A DNA stretch of 64,000 bases from the human T2T-CHM13v2.0 reference genome, Homo sapiens, in the NCBI RefSeq assembly GCF_009914755.1, contig NC_060927.1, one strand, 5' to 3'. Within the stretch, counting starts at the first letter, position 1. Every line of letters begins with the position of its first letter. The position numbers and the translations under genes were made by a program. Shown one piece after another: positions 61,163 through 64,000 of this stretch. A model generated the notes under the pieces. It had not been told where the DNA came from. It saw nothing but the letters and a program-made list of their open reading frames with translations, and did no database searches.

Positions 61163-61484
61163 GGCCAGCTGGGGTAGCTCACGTCTGTAATCCCAGCACT
61201 TTGGGAGGCTGAGGCGGACAGATCTCTTAAGCCCGGGAGTTGAAGACCAGCCTGGCCAACGTGGCAAAACACTGTCTCTACTAAAACTACAAAAATTAGC
61301 TGGGCCTGGTGACTTATACCTGTAATCCCAGCTACTCAGGAGGCTAAGTGCTTGAACCCGGGAGAAGGAGGCACAAGAATCCTTTGAAGCTGGGATGTGG
61401 AGGTTACAGTGAGATGAGATTGCACCACTGCACACCAGCCTGAGTGACAGAGTGAGACTCCGCTAAAAAAAAATAATTAAAAAT
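61163..61484 (+). mobile_element. Alu with internal rearrangement
   Basis: Dimer; extra TGAACCCGGGAG segment at about 61350. Confidence 0.93.
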
Positions 61485-62584
61485 TGAATTTCCACAACAA
61501 CCCAATGAGTTGTCAATAAGGAAACAAATACTTGACAAAAGTTACCGCCCCCTCAACCACCCCCCACCAAAAAAAATAATAATAATAATTACCCTACTTG
61601 TTTAAAATATATTAGTAAGGAATCTGGGTAAAAATCAAGCAAATATCCCCAATCTGACAACACTGTACACGAGTAAAAGACCTATGGAATGAGATTCTCA
61701 GATACCAATTACGAATCATTTAAACTCTGATATCATATAAAAAACTCCCACAGAACCAGTCCACTACTTATAGCTAGTGATATTAATGAGAATAAATGAC
61801 TGTAGTCATGTATACATATTAAACTTATAAAATCCTTCTTGCCAAATGTTAACAGAGGAAACAAAATGGAAAGAAAAGATATGGGGTTCTGAGCAGCTTA
61901 AGATAGGTATGAGATGCTTAATCTTGCTTTGATCTCTTAAAAGAAAAAAAAATCCAGCTATCTTCATTTGTTTCAGAGAAGTAAAAACAAAGATGTTTTT
62001 ACAAATTAGTAAACTAATTTGTTTTTGATTTCAGGTCAAAAAGGAATTTTGGTTAATTCTGAATTTGATTTGCCAAGACTAAGTTATAACTATCATTATA
62101 AAAGTTTGATATCTAGATTCTAGATAAAACAGGATAATAGGAAAAGGGAATATTTAATATGCAGCATGAACCATGTTTCTCTTTATACATAAAATACTTT
62201 ATTGTGAGGCAAATCAATGTTCCAGAAACACACAAATACAGAAATCTAAATATGGGGACAGACTGAATCCTGTTGAGACCTGTCTCAGCTTTCCAATATT
62301 TGAATCTATGATTCAAATTGAATCTATGACTCAAATATCCTGAGTACCTACTGGGCTCCTGTTTTGAATCTTGCAGTAGACCTCTAAATGGTTAAGTTCT
62401 TCTCTGTCAATTTACACCTTCAGCAGAACACATGTACTGCATTATAATGAAATTATATGCATATGATGCATTATTATGCATTTTTAAGAAAATACACTTT
62501 GTTCCAAATTATAGTTTCATTCACAGTAATAGTGTTTCTTGGATAAGTCATCATTAACATAAAGGAGTTGTTTCTCTTAGGTAA

Positions 62585-62933
<349 letters not shown>

Positions 62934-63011
62934 TTCAAAATCTTTAAATATATTCATATCCTTTGAATCAGAGTCCACTTTTCAGAGGCTATCCTATGGA
63001 AATAGATCTAA

Positions 63012-63313
<302 letters not shown>

Positions 63314-63337
63314 AGATCTAAATATTTTTAAATTTTA

Positions 63338-63998
<661 letters not shown>

Positions 63999-64000
63999 TA

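Noticed and set aside
62298-62336. TTGAATCTATGA(T/C)TCAAAT repeated twice with internal dyad symmetry
   Set aside because: Only two adjacent copies with no spacers; ordinary tandem duplication, not CRISPR-like

Overview
Primate (human-like) genomic DNA, AT-rich and very repeat-dense, with no CpG island. I found no protein-coding exon chain, RNA gene or CRISPR array that I can support. Most ORFs in the supplied track fall in Alu, THE1, LTR or L1 sequence, and the rest look like chance frames. Content: about 55 Alu copies or fragments; a full-length THE1 (MaLR) provirus with a 5-bp TSD, interrupted by a MER4-type LTR; two MER41 solo LTRs, one with tandem STAT/GAS motifs and one with a perfect CArG box; MER21, MST, MLT1 and another ERV1 LTR; Tigger2, MER47, MER1B and MER58 DNA transposons; and old L1, L2 and MIR fragments, often nested. 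Repeat-free islands at about 0.6-1.25, 13.6-13.95, 36.4-36.6 and 48.7 kb carry promoter motifs and/or minus-strand splice donors. This fits a large intron or upstream region of a minus-strand gene with alternative first exons; I could not identify the gene. The most unusual observations are several local templated duplications, one with 17-bp inverted ends. I see no evidence for a new multi-gene system. Repeat subfamily names come from recalled consensus sequences, and boundaries without TSDs are approximate.
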